A stretch of 64,000 bases of DNA from Minisyncoccota bacterium (GTDB lineage Bacteria; Patescibacteriota; Minisyncoccia; Phycocordibacterales; UBA1006), in NCBI GenBank assembly GCA_028697455.1, contig JAQVEZ010000002.1, forward strand, positions 89,921 to 153,920. The letters run 5' to 3'. Positions 10,400 to 19,254 of this stretch are shown in pieces (within the stretch, counting starts at the first letter, position 1; each line of letters starts with the position of its first letter). The notes beneath the pieces are model-generated. The model made no database searches and was not told the origin of the DNA. It worked only from the letters and a program-made list of their open reading frames with translations. Position numbers and translations under genes: made by a program.

Positions 10400-10513
10400 C
10401 AGATAAAAAAAGCAATAAAGAATATTTATTGCTTTTTATTTATCCACAAATTATTTTTACTTCTCACAAAAAACTTGCTCAAGAGAAGGGCGAGGTGATA
10501 TTCTAGTAAGAAT

Positions 10514-11725
10514 ATGAAGAAAATTAATTTTATATTATTATCAATATTTTTTATAAGTCTGGCGTTTTTGGGAACAGATGCGTATGCAAATGAAATCGAA
10601 TGGTCAAGCATCGAAGCTCCTGCACAAAATTCTTGGCGTGCTGTAACCTATGGTGAAGGGAAATTTGTTGCCGTTTCTACCGATGGAACAAATCGAATTA
10701 TGATTTCAGAAGACGGTAAAAACTGGGAAGTAACTCCAACTACTTGGGGAAGCCAATGGTTTACTGGAATTGCTTACGGGAACGGAGCTTTTGTTCTTGG
10801 AAATGCTTGGAATGGCAACATTTTCTATCGATCAATAGATGGAGGACAAACGTGGACAGGAGTTACCGGAGCCGCTAGTGGAGCTCAATTGGGAGACATT
10901 GCTTATGTTGACGGGGTTTTTGTTGCTGTTGATTATTCAAGAAGCTTTACTAATCAAGCAGCAGGTCAGCAAATATTCATTTCAAATGATGGATGGACGT
11001 GGGAAGCAAAAGGAGAATCAGCCAAGAAATACTGGCATGGTATTGCTTACGGAGATGGAAAAATTGTTATTGTAGGGGGGAAAGGAGAATCAGCAACTGA
11101 TGGAAAACACATTGGAGTATCCGAAGACAAAGGACAAACCTGGCAATACTTTGCGGCACCAGTGGCTGGAGGTGGTTATTGGACCAGTGTTGCTTACGGG
11201 AATGGTAAATTCGTAGCCGTCTCAGACGACGAGGGAGCTGCTCAAGACATTATTGTATCAAGTGATGGTAAGAACTGGACAGCCTACTCTTCTCCCGACA
11301 CCAAAGCATGGTGGGAAGATATTGCTTTCGGAAATGGATATTTTGTAATGGTATCGTATGACTACGATAATAATTTGAGTGAACCAGGAAAGGCTGTTGC
11401 TATCTCTAAGGACGGAATTAACTGGGAGACCGTTGATACAGTACCGGGTCACGGATATTACTCAGTTACTTTTGGAGACGATAAGTTTGTTGTCGTAGCC
11501 CTTGACTCTGATGATAATAATCGAATCTTTCTTGGAGAATTTCCTCCACAAAAAAGCCTTTCATCTTCCAATATCTTCGGAACCCGATTCTGTTCAGCAG
11601 AAGTTACCACCTTCTGTCGACCACAAAACGGATTTATGAATAATAATCCATTAGTAAATATCTACACTGAACTTTTGGGACTCTATCAACAACTCCTTTC
11701 TGCAATGCAGGGACAAAACAGCTAA
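10514..11725 (+). CDS. Secreted beta-propeller-like repeat protein with shared conserved C-terminal tail (family member A)
   Basis: Signal peptide ending AYA; about 7 repeats W..(V/I)AYG.GKFVAV...S.DG..W; tail IFGTRFCSAEVTTFCRPQNG...IYTELLGLYQQLLSAMQ. Confidence 0.85.
   Translation: MKKINFILLSIFFISLAFLGTDAYANEIEWSSIEAPAQNSWRAVTYGEGKFVAVSTDGTNRIMISEDGKNWEVTPTTWGSQWFTGIAYGNGAFVLGNAWNGNIFYRSIDGGQTWTGVTGAASGAQLGDIAYVDGVFVAVDYSRSFTNQAAGQQIFISNDGWTWEAKGESAKKYWHGIAYGDGKIVIVGGKGESATDGKHIGVSEDKGQTWQYFAAPVAGGGYWTSVAYGNGKFVAVSDDEGAAQDIIVSSDGKNWTAYSSPDTKAWWEDIAFGNGYFVMVSYDYDNNLSEPGKAVAISKDGINWETVDTVPGHGYYSVTFGDDKFVVVALDSDDNNRIFLGEFPPQKSLSSSNIFGTRFCSAEVTTFCRPQNGFMNNNPLVNIYTELLGLYQQLLSAMQGQNS
11570..11725 (+). 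repeat. Conserved C-terminal tail module, copy 1
   Basis: 156 nt aligning without gaps to 12739-12894 and 24051-24206. Confidence 0.95.
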
Positions 11726-11740
11726 GGCTGTTTTTCTTTT
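11715..11740 (+). terminator. Intrinsic terminator overlapping the stop codon
   Basis: AAAACAGC-taag-GCTGTTTT followed by a T tract. Confidence 0.75.
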
Positions 11741-11821
11741 GTGAGATTCTTGTTGATGTTTTGGAAATAGATTATAATAAAAGAGAGAAGATCCTCTTCT
11801 GTTGAGAATAAGTTGTTTAGG

Positions 11822-11848
11822 AGCCCGCTATTCCGTAGCGGGCTTTTT
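11822..11848 (+). terminator. Orphan intrinsic terminator
   Basis: AGCCCGCTA-ttccg-TAGCGGGCT-TTTT. Confidence 0.8.
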
Positions 11849-11975
11849 GATATAAAAAGTTACCCACAGGTATCTTTTCTGATACTTGACATTTATCTTT
11901 ATTGTGATAAATTTACTAATGAATCTAACCAATTTAACAACAACACACCGCTTTAACCAAGCACCTAAACCACAA

Positions 11976-12007
11976 GGCTCCCTTTCATTCGTGAAAGGGG
12001 CTTTTTT
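11976..12007 (+). terminator. Intrinsic terminator with UUCG loop
   Basis: GGCTCCCTTTCA-ttcg-TGAAAGGGGC-TTTTTT. Confidence 0.8.
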
Positions 12008-12042
12008 CTTTATTTTATTTAATCTTGGTATACTAAAAGAGT

Positions 12043-12894
12043 ATGAAAAAATACGTTTTTACATCACTACTATCATTGTTCGTTATAGTAGGATTTACAA
12101 GCTTTATGAGTCCACACAAAGTTTCTGCTGATTTTGAAGAAGGTCCTGAGGTTGTTTTTGAGGATGGAGGAAGATCTATTGTTGCAACTTTTGATCATGT
12201 TTTTCTTTTTACTCTTAAATATTTTGAGGAGGAAGATGGTACTGGTTATGAATTTGAAGATATAAGTATTCAAAGTTCTAGTGATAAGTGCGAAACAGAA
12301 AATGATGGGGACATCTACACAATAAGTTGTTATCAAGATATTCCCTTTGAAGTACAGAGTATAGTTATTGATTTTATGTGGAAGGGAGAATCACAAGGTG
12401 GTTATGCTCCAACACTATCTTCTTCAGATGTCTATAACAGAGCATTTACTTACCCAGAAATAATCTTTGAAGAAGGTGGTAGAGTTGTTATTATCAATTT
12501 TGATTCTGAATTTTATTTTGATATTTGTTATTTTGATGACGATTGTCTAATATATCTTTCTGATGGGGATTCTCTTGGAGAGGAATGTGAGATTATAGGA
12601 GATTATTCTGTTCGTTGTGAACAAGACATTCCTAAAGGAGCACTCGGGGTTGGGGTAGATGTATACGATGGAGATGGGAACGATTTTTATGATGAATATC
12701 TTTTTTCAACTCATAATCCTTCCTCATCAAGTATTTCAAATATCTTCGGAACACGATTCTGTTCAGCAGGAGTTACGACTTTCTGTCGACCTCAAAATGG
12801 ATTTACGAATAATAACCCATTAATCAGTATCTATACTGAACTTTTGGGATTGTATCAACAACTCCTTTCTGCTCTTCAAAACGAAAACAGCTAA
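12043..12894 (+). CDS. Secreted acidic protein with two tandem Cys-containing domains and the shared C-terminal tail (family member B)
   Basis: Signal peptide ending VSA; internal repeat PE(V/I)(V/I)FE(D/E)GGR...C....C.QDIP twice; same tail as 10514. Confidence 0.85.
   Translation: MKKYVFTSLLSLFVIVGFTSFMSPHKVSADFEEGPEVVFEDGGRSIVATFDHVFLFTLKYFEEEDGTGYEFEDISIQSSSDKCETENDGDIYTISCYQDIPFEVQSIVIDFMWKGESQGGYAPTLSSSDVYNRAFTYPEIIFEEGGRVVIINFDSEFYFDICYFDDDCLIYLSDGDSLGEECEIIGDYSVRCEQDIPKGALGVGVDVYDGDGNDFYDEYLFSTHNPSSSSISNIFGTRFCSAGVTTFCRPQNGFTNNNPLISIYTELLGLYQQLLSALQNENS
12739..12894 (+). repeat. Conserved C-terminal tail module, copy 2
   Basis: NIFGTRFCSAGVTTFCRPQNGFTNNNPLISIYTELLGLYQQLLSALQNENS. Confidence 0.95.
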
Positions 12895-12907
12895 TCCTAG
12901 CTGTTTT
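12884..12907. terminator. Bidirectional terminator between convergent genes
   Basis: AAAACAGCTA-atcc-TAGCTGTTTT. Confidence 0.75.
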
Positions 12908-13434
12908 TATTCTGCGTTATAATACACATCTTGAACGTCATCGTGTTCTTCGAGAGTTTCAATAAGGGCTTCGAGTTTCTCACCTGTTTCATCATCAATT
13001 TCAATGGTGGTGTTAGGTATCCAATCACGCTCTTCGTTTTGACTAAAATTCCAAGCAACGGATCCACTTGCCCCAAGTGAAGCTCCGTTTTTTGAAAGAA
13101 GGTGTTTGATTTCTTGACTGGTTCGATTGTTGTTATCGGTAAGGCCGGTAATAATAATACCAACTCCTCCAGGGCCATAAGCTTCATAGAGAACAGGAGT
13201 CATATCTCCCGATTCAGATGCTTTTTTGATGGCACGATCGATGTTATCGTTTGGCATATTTTCTTTTCGTGCTTTTTCAATTGCTGTTTTAAGTCCAGGA
13301 GCATTCACATCCCCTCCAGATTTTTTTGCTTCAACTTGAATAAGACGAACGAGCTTTCCAAAGATTTTTGATTTTTGTGCATCAGTTGCTGCTTTTTTGT
13401 GTTTTATTTTTGACCATTTATTGTGTCCAGACAT
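12907..13434 (-). CDS. yebC: YebC/PmpR family protein (short, 175 aa)
   Basis: MSGHNKWSKIKHKK, NMPNDNIDRAIKK, YEAYGPGG, TDNNNRT, LEEHDDVQDVY. Confidence 0.93.
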   Translation of the reverse strand: MSGHNKWSKIKHKKAATDAQKSKIFGKLVRLIQVEAKKSGGDVNAPGLKTAIEKARKENMPNDNIDRAIKKASESGDMTPVLYEAYGPGGVGIIITGLTDNNNRTSQEIKHLLSKNGASLGASGSVAWNFSQNEERDWIPNTTIEIDDETGEKLEALIETLEEHDDVQDVYYNAE

Positions 13435-13469
13435 AAGTTAAGAAAGATAAGGGTGAATAATAGAGAAGG

Positions 13470-14435
13470 TTATTTTTTACCGAGATGAGCATAAGCTTTT
13501 TCGGTTGCGACACGCCCTCGTGAGGTGAGCTCGACAAGCCCCAATTGAACAAGATAGGGCTCAACGACCGATTCAAGCGTATCTTTTTCTTCATGAGTTG
13601 CAATAGCGAGCGTCCGCAAGCCAACAGGTCCTCCATTGAATTTATCAATAATAGTATTGAGAATATCGCGGTCATTCTGATGAAGCCCGATTTCATCTAC
13701 CCCAATAAGAGAAAGGGATTCAAGGACAGTGTCTTTGTTGATGGCTTTGTTATGAACATCAGCAAAGTCACGAACACGTTTTAAAAAATAATTTGCTGTC
13801 CGAGGGGTATAGCGACTTCGAATGGCAATTTCACGAGCAGCATCGGTATCAATACGAATGCCTAACTTTGCTGCTGATTGGTGGATAATTGTTTCCATTT
13901 CCTCGTTCGTATAGAATTCGAGTTTGAAAGTTCCTCCAGAAAATCGAGACCGCAATGGAGCCGAGAGCATCGCGATTTTTGTTGTCGCTGCAATGAGGGT
14001 AAAAGGAGGAAGATCGAGTTGAATCGTTCGAGCTGAAGGTCCTTTCCCAATAATAATATCGAGGAACCCAGATTCCATTGCAGGGTAGAGGACTTCCTCG
14101 ATATTTTTATTGAGACGGTGAATCTCATCAATAAAGAGAACATCTCCTTCGCTGAGGTTGGTGAGGATACTTGCGAGATCACCGACTTTTTCGATAGCAG
14201 GCCCTGAAGTTGTTTTGATATTTCGTCCGATTTCTTTTGCAATAAGATAGGAAAGCGTTGTCTTACCAAGACCAGGGGGTCCATAAAAAAGTAAGTGCTC
14301 GGGTTGTTGCCCGCGGTTTTGCGCAGCTGTGAGTAAGATGTGAAGATTATCTTTTATTGACTGCTGGCCTATGTATTCATCCCATGTTTCTGGTCTGAGC
14401 TGTGAATTAAGTGCTTGAGGTGCTTGTTCTTGCAT
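13470..14435 (-). CDS. ruvB: Holliday junction helicase RuvB
   Basis: LRPETWDEYIGQ, GPPGLGKTT, FIDEIHRL, LYPAMES, TSRGR; start chosen at MQEQ, 7 nt after TATGAT. Confidence 0.96.
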   Translation of the reverse strand: MQEQAPQALNSQLRPETWDEYIGQQSIKDNLHILLTAAQNRGQQPEHLLFYGPPGLGKTTLSYLIAKEIGRNIKTTSGPAIEKVGDLASILTNLSEGDVLFIDEIHRLNKNIEEVLYPAMESGFLDIIIGKGPSARTIQLDLPPFTLIAATTKIAMLSAPLRSRFSGGTFKLEFYTNEEMETIIHQSAAKLGIRIDTDAAREIAIRSRYTPRTANYFLKRVRDFADVHNKAINKDTVLESLSLIGVDEIGLHQNDRDILNTIIDKFNGGPVGLRTLAIATHEEKDTLESVVEPYLVQLGLVELTSRGRVATEKAYAHLGKK

Positions 14436-14492
14436 AATAGATATCATAACATTTTTTAAGCTTTTTTTGAAGAAAGGGCTTGACAATTTTAT

Positions 14493-14512
14493 TTATTCAC
14501 ATATTATCCACA
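14493..14512 (+). promoter_or_regulatory. Tandem DnaA boxes in the ruvB/ncRNA divergent promoter region
   Basis: TTATTCACA 14493-14501 and TTATCCACA 14504-14512, just after TTGACA 14480-14485. Confidence 0.55.
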
Positions 14513-14588
14513 GGAATATATGACATTGAAAAAATGCCATGTTATAGTCAAGATCCAACAGAGCTATTTATACGAGGGGAAAGGCCTC

Positions 14589-14616
14589 TTGACAAAATAA
14601 TTAGTTCTGCTATACT
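14589..14616 (+). promoter_or_regulatory. Strong sigma70 promoter
   Basis: TTGACA-16 nt-TATACT with extended -10 TG. Confidence 0.8.
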
Positions 14617-14625
14617 GTTCTTATA

Positions 14626-14795
14626 CATTGAAAGCGTGAATCTCTAAACAATCAGATCTCGCGAATTTGGCCACGTGGATAGGAATATTTGGCTCTCATC
14701 TTGTAATGAGTTCTGCTGAGTATCTCGTTGAAGCGTCGTCAACCTTTATTTTATAAAGTTTTTTTCTGGGTGTTTAGAGGTTTATGCTTTTAATG
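14626..14795 (+). ncRNA. Structured ncRNA, probable 6S RNA
   Basis: 25-bp closing stem 14626-14650/14771-14795 with several G-U pairs, central bubble, long apical stem; own promoter and terminator; no ORF. Confidence 0.65.
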
Positions 14796-14829
14796 AAAAA
14801 GCCGTTCTCATTCTGAGAGCGACTTTTTT
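14796..14829 (+). terminator. Terminator of the ncRNA
   Basis: AAAAAGCCGTTCTCA-ttc-TGAGAGCGACTTTTTT. Confidence 0.75.
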
Positions 14830-14861
14830 ATTACTGTTTTTGCTTGTATAATAGAAAGAGC

Positions 14862-17159
14862 ATGGCTGCTTTCGACGATAAGGAACAAAATAAAAAAATC
14901 CAAGACATCCGAGCGAAGGAAGAAGAAGCATTCACCGAAAAAATTGCAAAGAAATTTGACCTTCCTTATATTGATCTTACGGGAGCCACGATAGAAACAG
15001 ATGCTCTTTCTAAGGTAAAAGAAGAAGACGCGCGGAAAGCCCTCCTCGCTCCTTTTAAAATTGTTGGAAAAGATTTATATGTTGCGCTCAAGTCGCCTAA
15101 TCTCCCCGAAACAAAAAGAGTTCTTGATAATCTTGAAAAAGACTACAATCTTGGAATTCATCTTGCATCCCAACGAAGTCTTGAAAAAGCATGGGGGCGT
15201 TATGAAGACATTACCTTTACCTTTGGAATAGAAGGAGGGGTTTTAGATATTTCTGAAGAAGAAATCAAAAAACTCGCTGCAAAAATCAAAACCAACCAAG
15301 ACATTGCCTTTGAATTTGACCGGGTTCTTGCTTTGGGAGAAGAGCGAAAGGTAACGCGTCTTATGGAAATTATTTTTGCCGGAGCTATTGCAACCGATTC
15401 TTCTGATGTGCATATTGAAGCGCAAGACGGAAAGGTAAGACTTCGTTTCCGTCAAGATGGAGTTCTTCAAGATATTATTTATTTTGACCCAGCTACCTAC
15501 AAACAAATTCTTTCACGAATTAAGCTCCTTTCAGAAATGAAACTTACTCAAACAGAAAATGCTCAGGACGGAAGGTTTACGATTGATTACGATAAAAAAG
15601 AAATTGAAATCCGTGTATCGGTTGTTCCAGGAGCTTTTGGAGAATCTTTTGTGATGCGTATTTTGAATCCCGATGGGATTAAAGTTGGAGTTGAACATCT
15701 TGGAATCGAAAAACGTCTTTATGAAATCCTTCTCAAGGAAATCGAAAAACCAAACGGAATGATTTTGACAACCGGACCTACCGGATCAGGAAAGACCACA
15801 ACCTTGTATTCTTTTATGAACAAAGTCTATTCTCCTGAGGTAAAGATTCTCACGATTGAAGACCCTATTGAATATCGTATTGAAGGAATCAACCAAACAC
15901 AGGTAAATCGCCAAAAAGGCTACACTTTTTCTTCTGGACTCCGAGCGGCTTTGCGACAGGACCCAGATATTATCATGGTGGGAGAGATTCGAGACAGTGA
16001 AACGGCAAGTATCGCGGTGAACGCTTCACTTACGGGGCACTTGGTTCTTTCAACACTCCACACGAACAGTGCAGCAGGAGTTATTCCTCGACTCCTTGAC
16101 CTTGGAGTATCCCCACAAATCCTTGCGGCTGCCTTATCGGTTTCGATTGCTCAGCGTTTGGTTCGTAAGGTTTGTGAATCATGTAAAGAAATTGTTGCTC
16201 CAACACCAGAACAAGAAGGTATTATTAGAGACGTTTTGAGAGAAGCACAAAAGAACGAAAAACCTCTTCACGAATACGGAATCAGCGTAAACCAAAAAAT
16301 AGAACTCAGTCGCGGAAAGGGCTGTGAAGTATGTAATGGAACAGGATATAAAGGACGTATCGGACTTTTTGAAGCTATTATTACTGATGAATATATCGAA
16401 GAACTCCTCAACAAGAGCCCGTCCGAACAAGAAATTCGTCGTGTTGCCGAAAAGCAGAGACTTCTTAATATCCGTGAAGATGGGGTAGTAAAAATCCTTA
16501 ATGGAATTACTTCTTTTGAAGAAGTTCAAAAGGTGATCGATCTTGATATCAAAAATATCACCCAATTTAAAACTGATACAGAAACCTCTCAAGGAGAAAA
16601 TATTTCTTTGGTAAACGAAGAAAGTAATCTTCCTCAGCAAAATACTTTTGCAGAAATACCTGAAAGTTCCAAACCCATATCTCAAGAAAACAAAGAAGAA
16701 GAAAATCTTGAAAAACTCCTCGAAGAAGTAAGTAAAAAAATCGACCTTGTCAAAGGGTCTGTTATCCCAAGCAAAAAAATTATCCCCGAAGAAGGAGCCC
16801 AAATCTCTCAGATTCCCCCTGCTGCAATTCTTAATAACAAAAGTATTGAGATATCGCTTTTGATTGATTATTTAAGACGACTTGAGCAGGATCAAATTCT
16901 TCGTCCCGATGTTGATATCAGTAAACAGATCAAACAAGTACAGCTCACAATACTTGAGCTTCTCCAGCGGAAACAAGCAGAAAGTATTCTCAACGCACAA
17001 GGAAATTTTGCACAAGCACACAAAACCTATACCGAACTTGCTGATGAGCTTGATACGCTCTATCGAGAACAACTTCAGAACCCAGGAGTTGATATGTCAG
17101 AAAGGATTAAAAAAATCCGTGAAGAAATTGAGTACTATCATTCACAACAAAGTATCTAA
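14862..17159 (+). CDS. Type IV pilus/T2SS assembly ATPase (PilB/GspE family) with long C-terminal extension
   Basis: SDVHIE, RFRQDG, QDGRF, TGPTGSGKTTTLY, EDPIEY, LRQDPDIIMVGEIRD, TGHLVLSTLH, CxxC...CxxC; start at MAAF, 9 nt after TATAAT. Confidence 0.92.
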   Translation: MAAFDDKEQNKKIQDIRAKEEEAFTEKIAKKFDLPYIDLTGATIETDALSKVKEEDARKALLAPFKIVGKDLYVALKSPNLPETKRVLDNLEKDYNLGIHLASQRSLEKAWGRYEDITFTFGIEGGVLDISEEEIKKLAAKIKTNQDIAFEFDRVLALGEERKVTRLMEIIFAGAIATDSSDVHIEAQDGKVRLRFRQDGVLQDIIYFDPATYKQILSRIKLLSEMKLTQTENAQDGRFTIDYDKKEIEIRVSVVPGAFGESFVMRILNPDGIKVGVEHLGIEKRLYEILLKEIEKPNGMILTTGPTGSGKTTTLYSFMNKVYSPEVKILTIEDPIEYRIEGINQTQVNRQKGYTFSSGLRAALRQDPDIIMVGEIRDSETASIAVNASLTGHLVLSTLHTNSAAGVIPRLLDLGVSPQILAAALSVSIAQRLVRKVCESCKEIVAPTPEQEGIIRDVLREAQKNEKPLHEYGISVNQKIELSRGKGCEVCNGTGYKGRIGLFEAIITDEYIEELLNKSPSEQEIRRVAEKQRLLNIREDGVVKILNGITSFEEVQKVIDLDIKNITQFKTDTETSQGENISLVNEESNLPQQNTFAEIPESSKPISQENKEEENLEKLLEEVSKKIDLVKGSVIPSKKIIPEEGAQISQIPPAAILNNKSIEISLLIDYLRRLEQDQILRPDVDISKQIKQVQLTILELLQRKQAESILNAQGNFAQAHKTYTELADELDTLYREQLQNPGVDMSERIKKIREEIEYYHSQQSI

Positions 17160-17219
17160 ACACTCTTGACAAAGAGTGTTTTTACTTTATGATAAGGAAG
17201 AATTTAAAATATTTTAAAA

Positions 17220-17933
17220 ATGAAAATAAAAACATTGTATTTGGTGTTGACGGCATTTTTTCTGAGTGCTTGCGCAAGTAGCACTTACCAGAAGATGCCT
17301 CCACCGAACCTTCAGCTATCCTTTCAAAATTTACAGTTTGAAAGGATAGATCCTGTGTCCCTTGTAGGCGTCTATGTCTCGTTTACAACAGCGGGACAGT
17401 TCTACAAAGACTCGCGAGCCGATCGTGAGGAAGCAGTCGATGCGGGTGTTTACATCCAGCACGACATTCTGTCGGGCGAGAGTTTGTATCAACCACTGGT
17501 CACTCCTGTTTTATACCTTACTGGTAAGGATCAGGGAAAACCTGTTCGGGACAAACGAACTGGCAAGATCCTCACGGATGATTTCCTTGGTGAGATCGTC
17601 TCGGTTGAGATAATGGACGGAGGACTTCCCTTGTTCTGGGTACATATTGATTCTCCTACGGGAGGAGCGATTTTGCCCTTTGGGCTTAGAGAAAGCCCCA
17701 AGCAAAAGGGACGACTTCAGGACAAGTTCGTCCTGATGATTGATAACAAGAGCGTCAGCTCTGGGGGGAAGAATTTCTTTCCAATTACGGATCTCTCTGG
17801 ACAAACCTGGTTTGCTCAGAATCCTGGCATGGGATTGAGCAAAATCTATTTTGCGAAATCCTCGGAGAACCAATCAACCTCTGAGGTGGGAACCTCAAAA
17901 AAGGTTGGGTTACCCGCCATTCGGGAACAGTAA
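17220..17933 (+). CDS. Hypothetical protein with lipoprotein-type signal peptide
   Basis: MKIKTLYLVLTAFFLSAC lipobox; visibly more GC-rich than its neighbours. Confidence 0.7.
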   Translation: MKIKTLYLVLTAFFLSACASSTYQKMPPPNLQLSFQNLQFERIDPVSLVGVYVSFTTAGQFYKDSRADREEAVDAGVYIQHDILSGESLYQPLVTPVLYLTGKDQGKPVRDKRTGKILTDDFLGEIVSVEIMDGGLPLFWVHIDSPTGGAILPFGLRESPKQKGRLQDKFVLMIDNKSVSSGGKNFFPITDLSGQTWFAQNPGMGLSKIYFAKSSENQSTSEVGTSKKVGLPAIREQ

Positions 17934-18027
17934 TAATTAAAACAAAAACCCCAATTCTTGGACTTTTCCACAGGAGAGGGGTTTTATTCTTGACAAGTTA
18001 TCTTAATTATGATAAGATATTATCAAG

Positions 18028-18176
18028 GCTGAGTTCTTTACAAGTTCATTTTATTTAATTTTGAGAGTTAATTGTTTTTTTCAATGTAAAGTCTCAGCTC
18101 TTTAGGGAGAGTAACAGCATTATTATTCCTAAAGAGCTGAGAATGGTTCTCAGTAATTCAAAACTCAAAAAATTAA
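18028..18176 (+). promoter_or_regulatory. Structured 5' leader with mutually exclusive helices
   Basis: 18028-18042 pairs with 18085-18098; 18092-18108 pairs with 18126-18142; 18137-18143 pairs with 18147-18153. Confidence 0.5.
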
Positions 18177-18180
18177 AAAA

Positions 18181-19140
18181 ATGAAAAAAATCTTTTTTTT
18201 GTTCATTGCAATACTGGGTATTGTGGTGAACGCAAATTATCTGGCTCCTGAAGGTTATTTTGTCCTTGAGGGAAGAACACAGGCAATGCCCAATGTGAAT
18301 TGGCTGGCCTCAGAAATGAACCCAACCAATTTTCCCATCTATGCACAGGAAAACAATAGTATGGGAGCATACTTTAACTATTCTTTCGTTCAGGATGGGA
18401 GAGTGATGGGTACTGAAAGGATTCACCTTTCGGATCAGATAGTAGCGTCCATTGGGCGCCACTTGTCAAATCCGAGAACCGGAGAGTCTTTGTCATCCGT
18501 TTGTGCCCGACAGGGAGGGCAATTTAATGCTGTTAATCGTATCGCTTTGCAATACGCACAACAGCAGATACCTGCTCCTCAGCAGCAATGCTGTCCTACG
18601 CCAGCCCCCCAACAAACTCAAATTGAGTATGTGGATAGACCTGTTTATATACAGGATCCACAAACCAATGAGATGTTGGCTCAATTACAAGCTGACAACG
18701 TTCAGCTTGAAAAACAACTGAGACGCAACCAGACCTGGACCCATATTTGGGGAGGGGTGAACCTGGCGGCGACAGCAGTAGACGGGTATTTGACTCGTCG
18801 TGAGATTAAAAAAAGAAACCGCCCTGTTAACTATAATTATAAAATAGTTAACAATACTCGTACCACCAATAATACCTATAATAATGGTGGAACGACTGGT
18901 AGTGGTGAGACCTGGACTGGAAACGGTTCAGGAAACGAGAACGGTGGTAGCTGGAATCCGAACAACAATCCCGGAAATAACAACGGGAATGGTTCGGGAG
19001 CCGATCCCTTTGGGAGAGGCTATCAGCAAGGAAGTGGATACTCACAAGGCTATTCGTCTATGACGAGCCAGGTGAGAACATCAGCTTCTGGAAGAAGCTC
19101 AAACGGAACAAAATCCGTGCGCTTCCAGAAGAAGCGTTAA
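18181..19140 (+). CDS. Secreted/membrane hypothetical protein (P/Q linker, coiled coil, hydrophobic helix, G/N-rich tail)
   Basis: Signal peptide MKKIFFLFIAILG; QQQCCPTPAP; TWTHIWGG; GETWTGNGSG. Confidence 0.7.
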   Translation: MKKIFFLFIAILGIVVNANYLAPEGYFVLEGRTQAMPNVNWLASEMNPTNFPIYAQENNSMGAYFNYSFVQDGRVMGTERIHLSDQIVASIGRHLSNPRTGESLSSVCARQGGQFNAVNRIALQYAQQQIPAPQQQCCPTPAPQQTQIEYVDRPVYIQDPQTNEMLAQLQADNVQLEKQLRRNQTWTHIWGGVNLAATAVDGYLTRREIKKRNRPVNYNYKIVNNTRTTNNTYNNGGTTGSGETWTGNGSGNENGGSWNPNNNPGNNNGNGSGADPFGRGYQQGSGYSQGYSSMTSQVRTSASGRSSNGTKSVRFQKKR

Positions 19141-19254
19141 GCAAAATTTAAAACAACAAGAGCCTTACGAGTTAAGGCTCTTTTTTATTGCACCAAAACA
19201 TTGACAAGAGACTCTTACAATGCTATTTCTAGGGTAAATATAAAAAAATTAAAG

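Noticed and set aside
11886-12131. 81-aa ORF as a normal gene
   Set aside because: Its TTG start is the -35 box, it crosses a strong terminator and overlaps gene B; kept only as a possible leader
14626-14795. SRP RNA, tmRNA, RNase P RNA or a MITE
   Set aside because: No SRP GNRA helix-8 motif, too short for tmRNA/RnpB; arms pair through G-U rather than perfect DNA inverted repeats, and there is no target duplication
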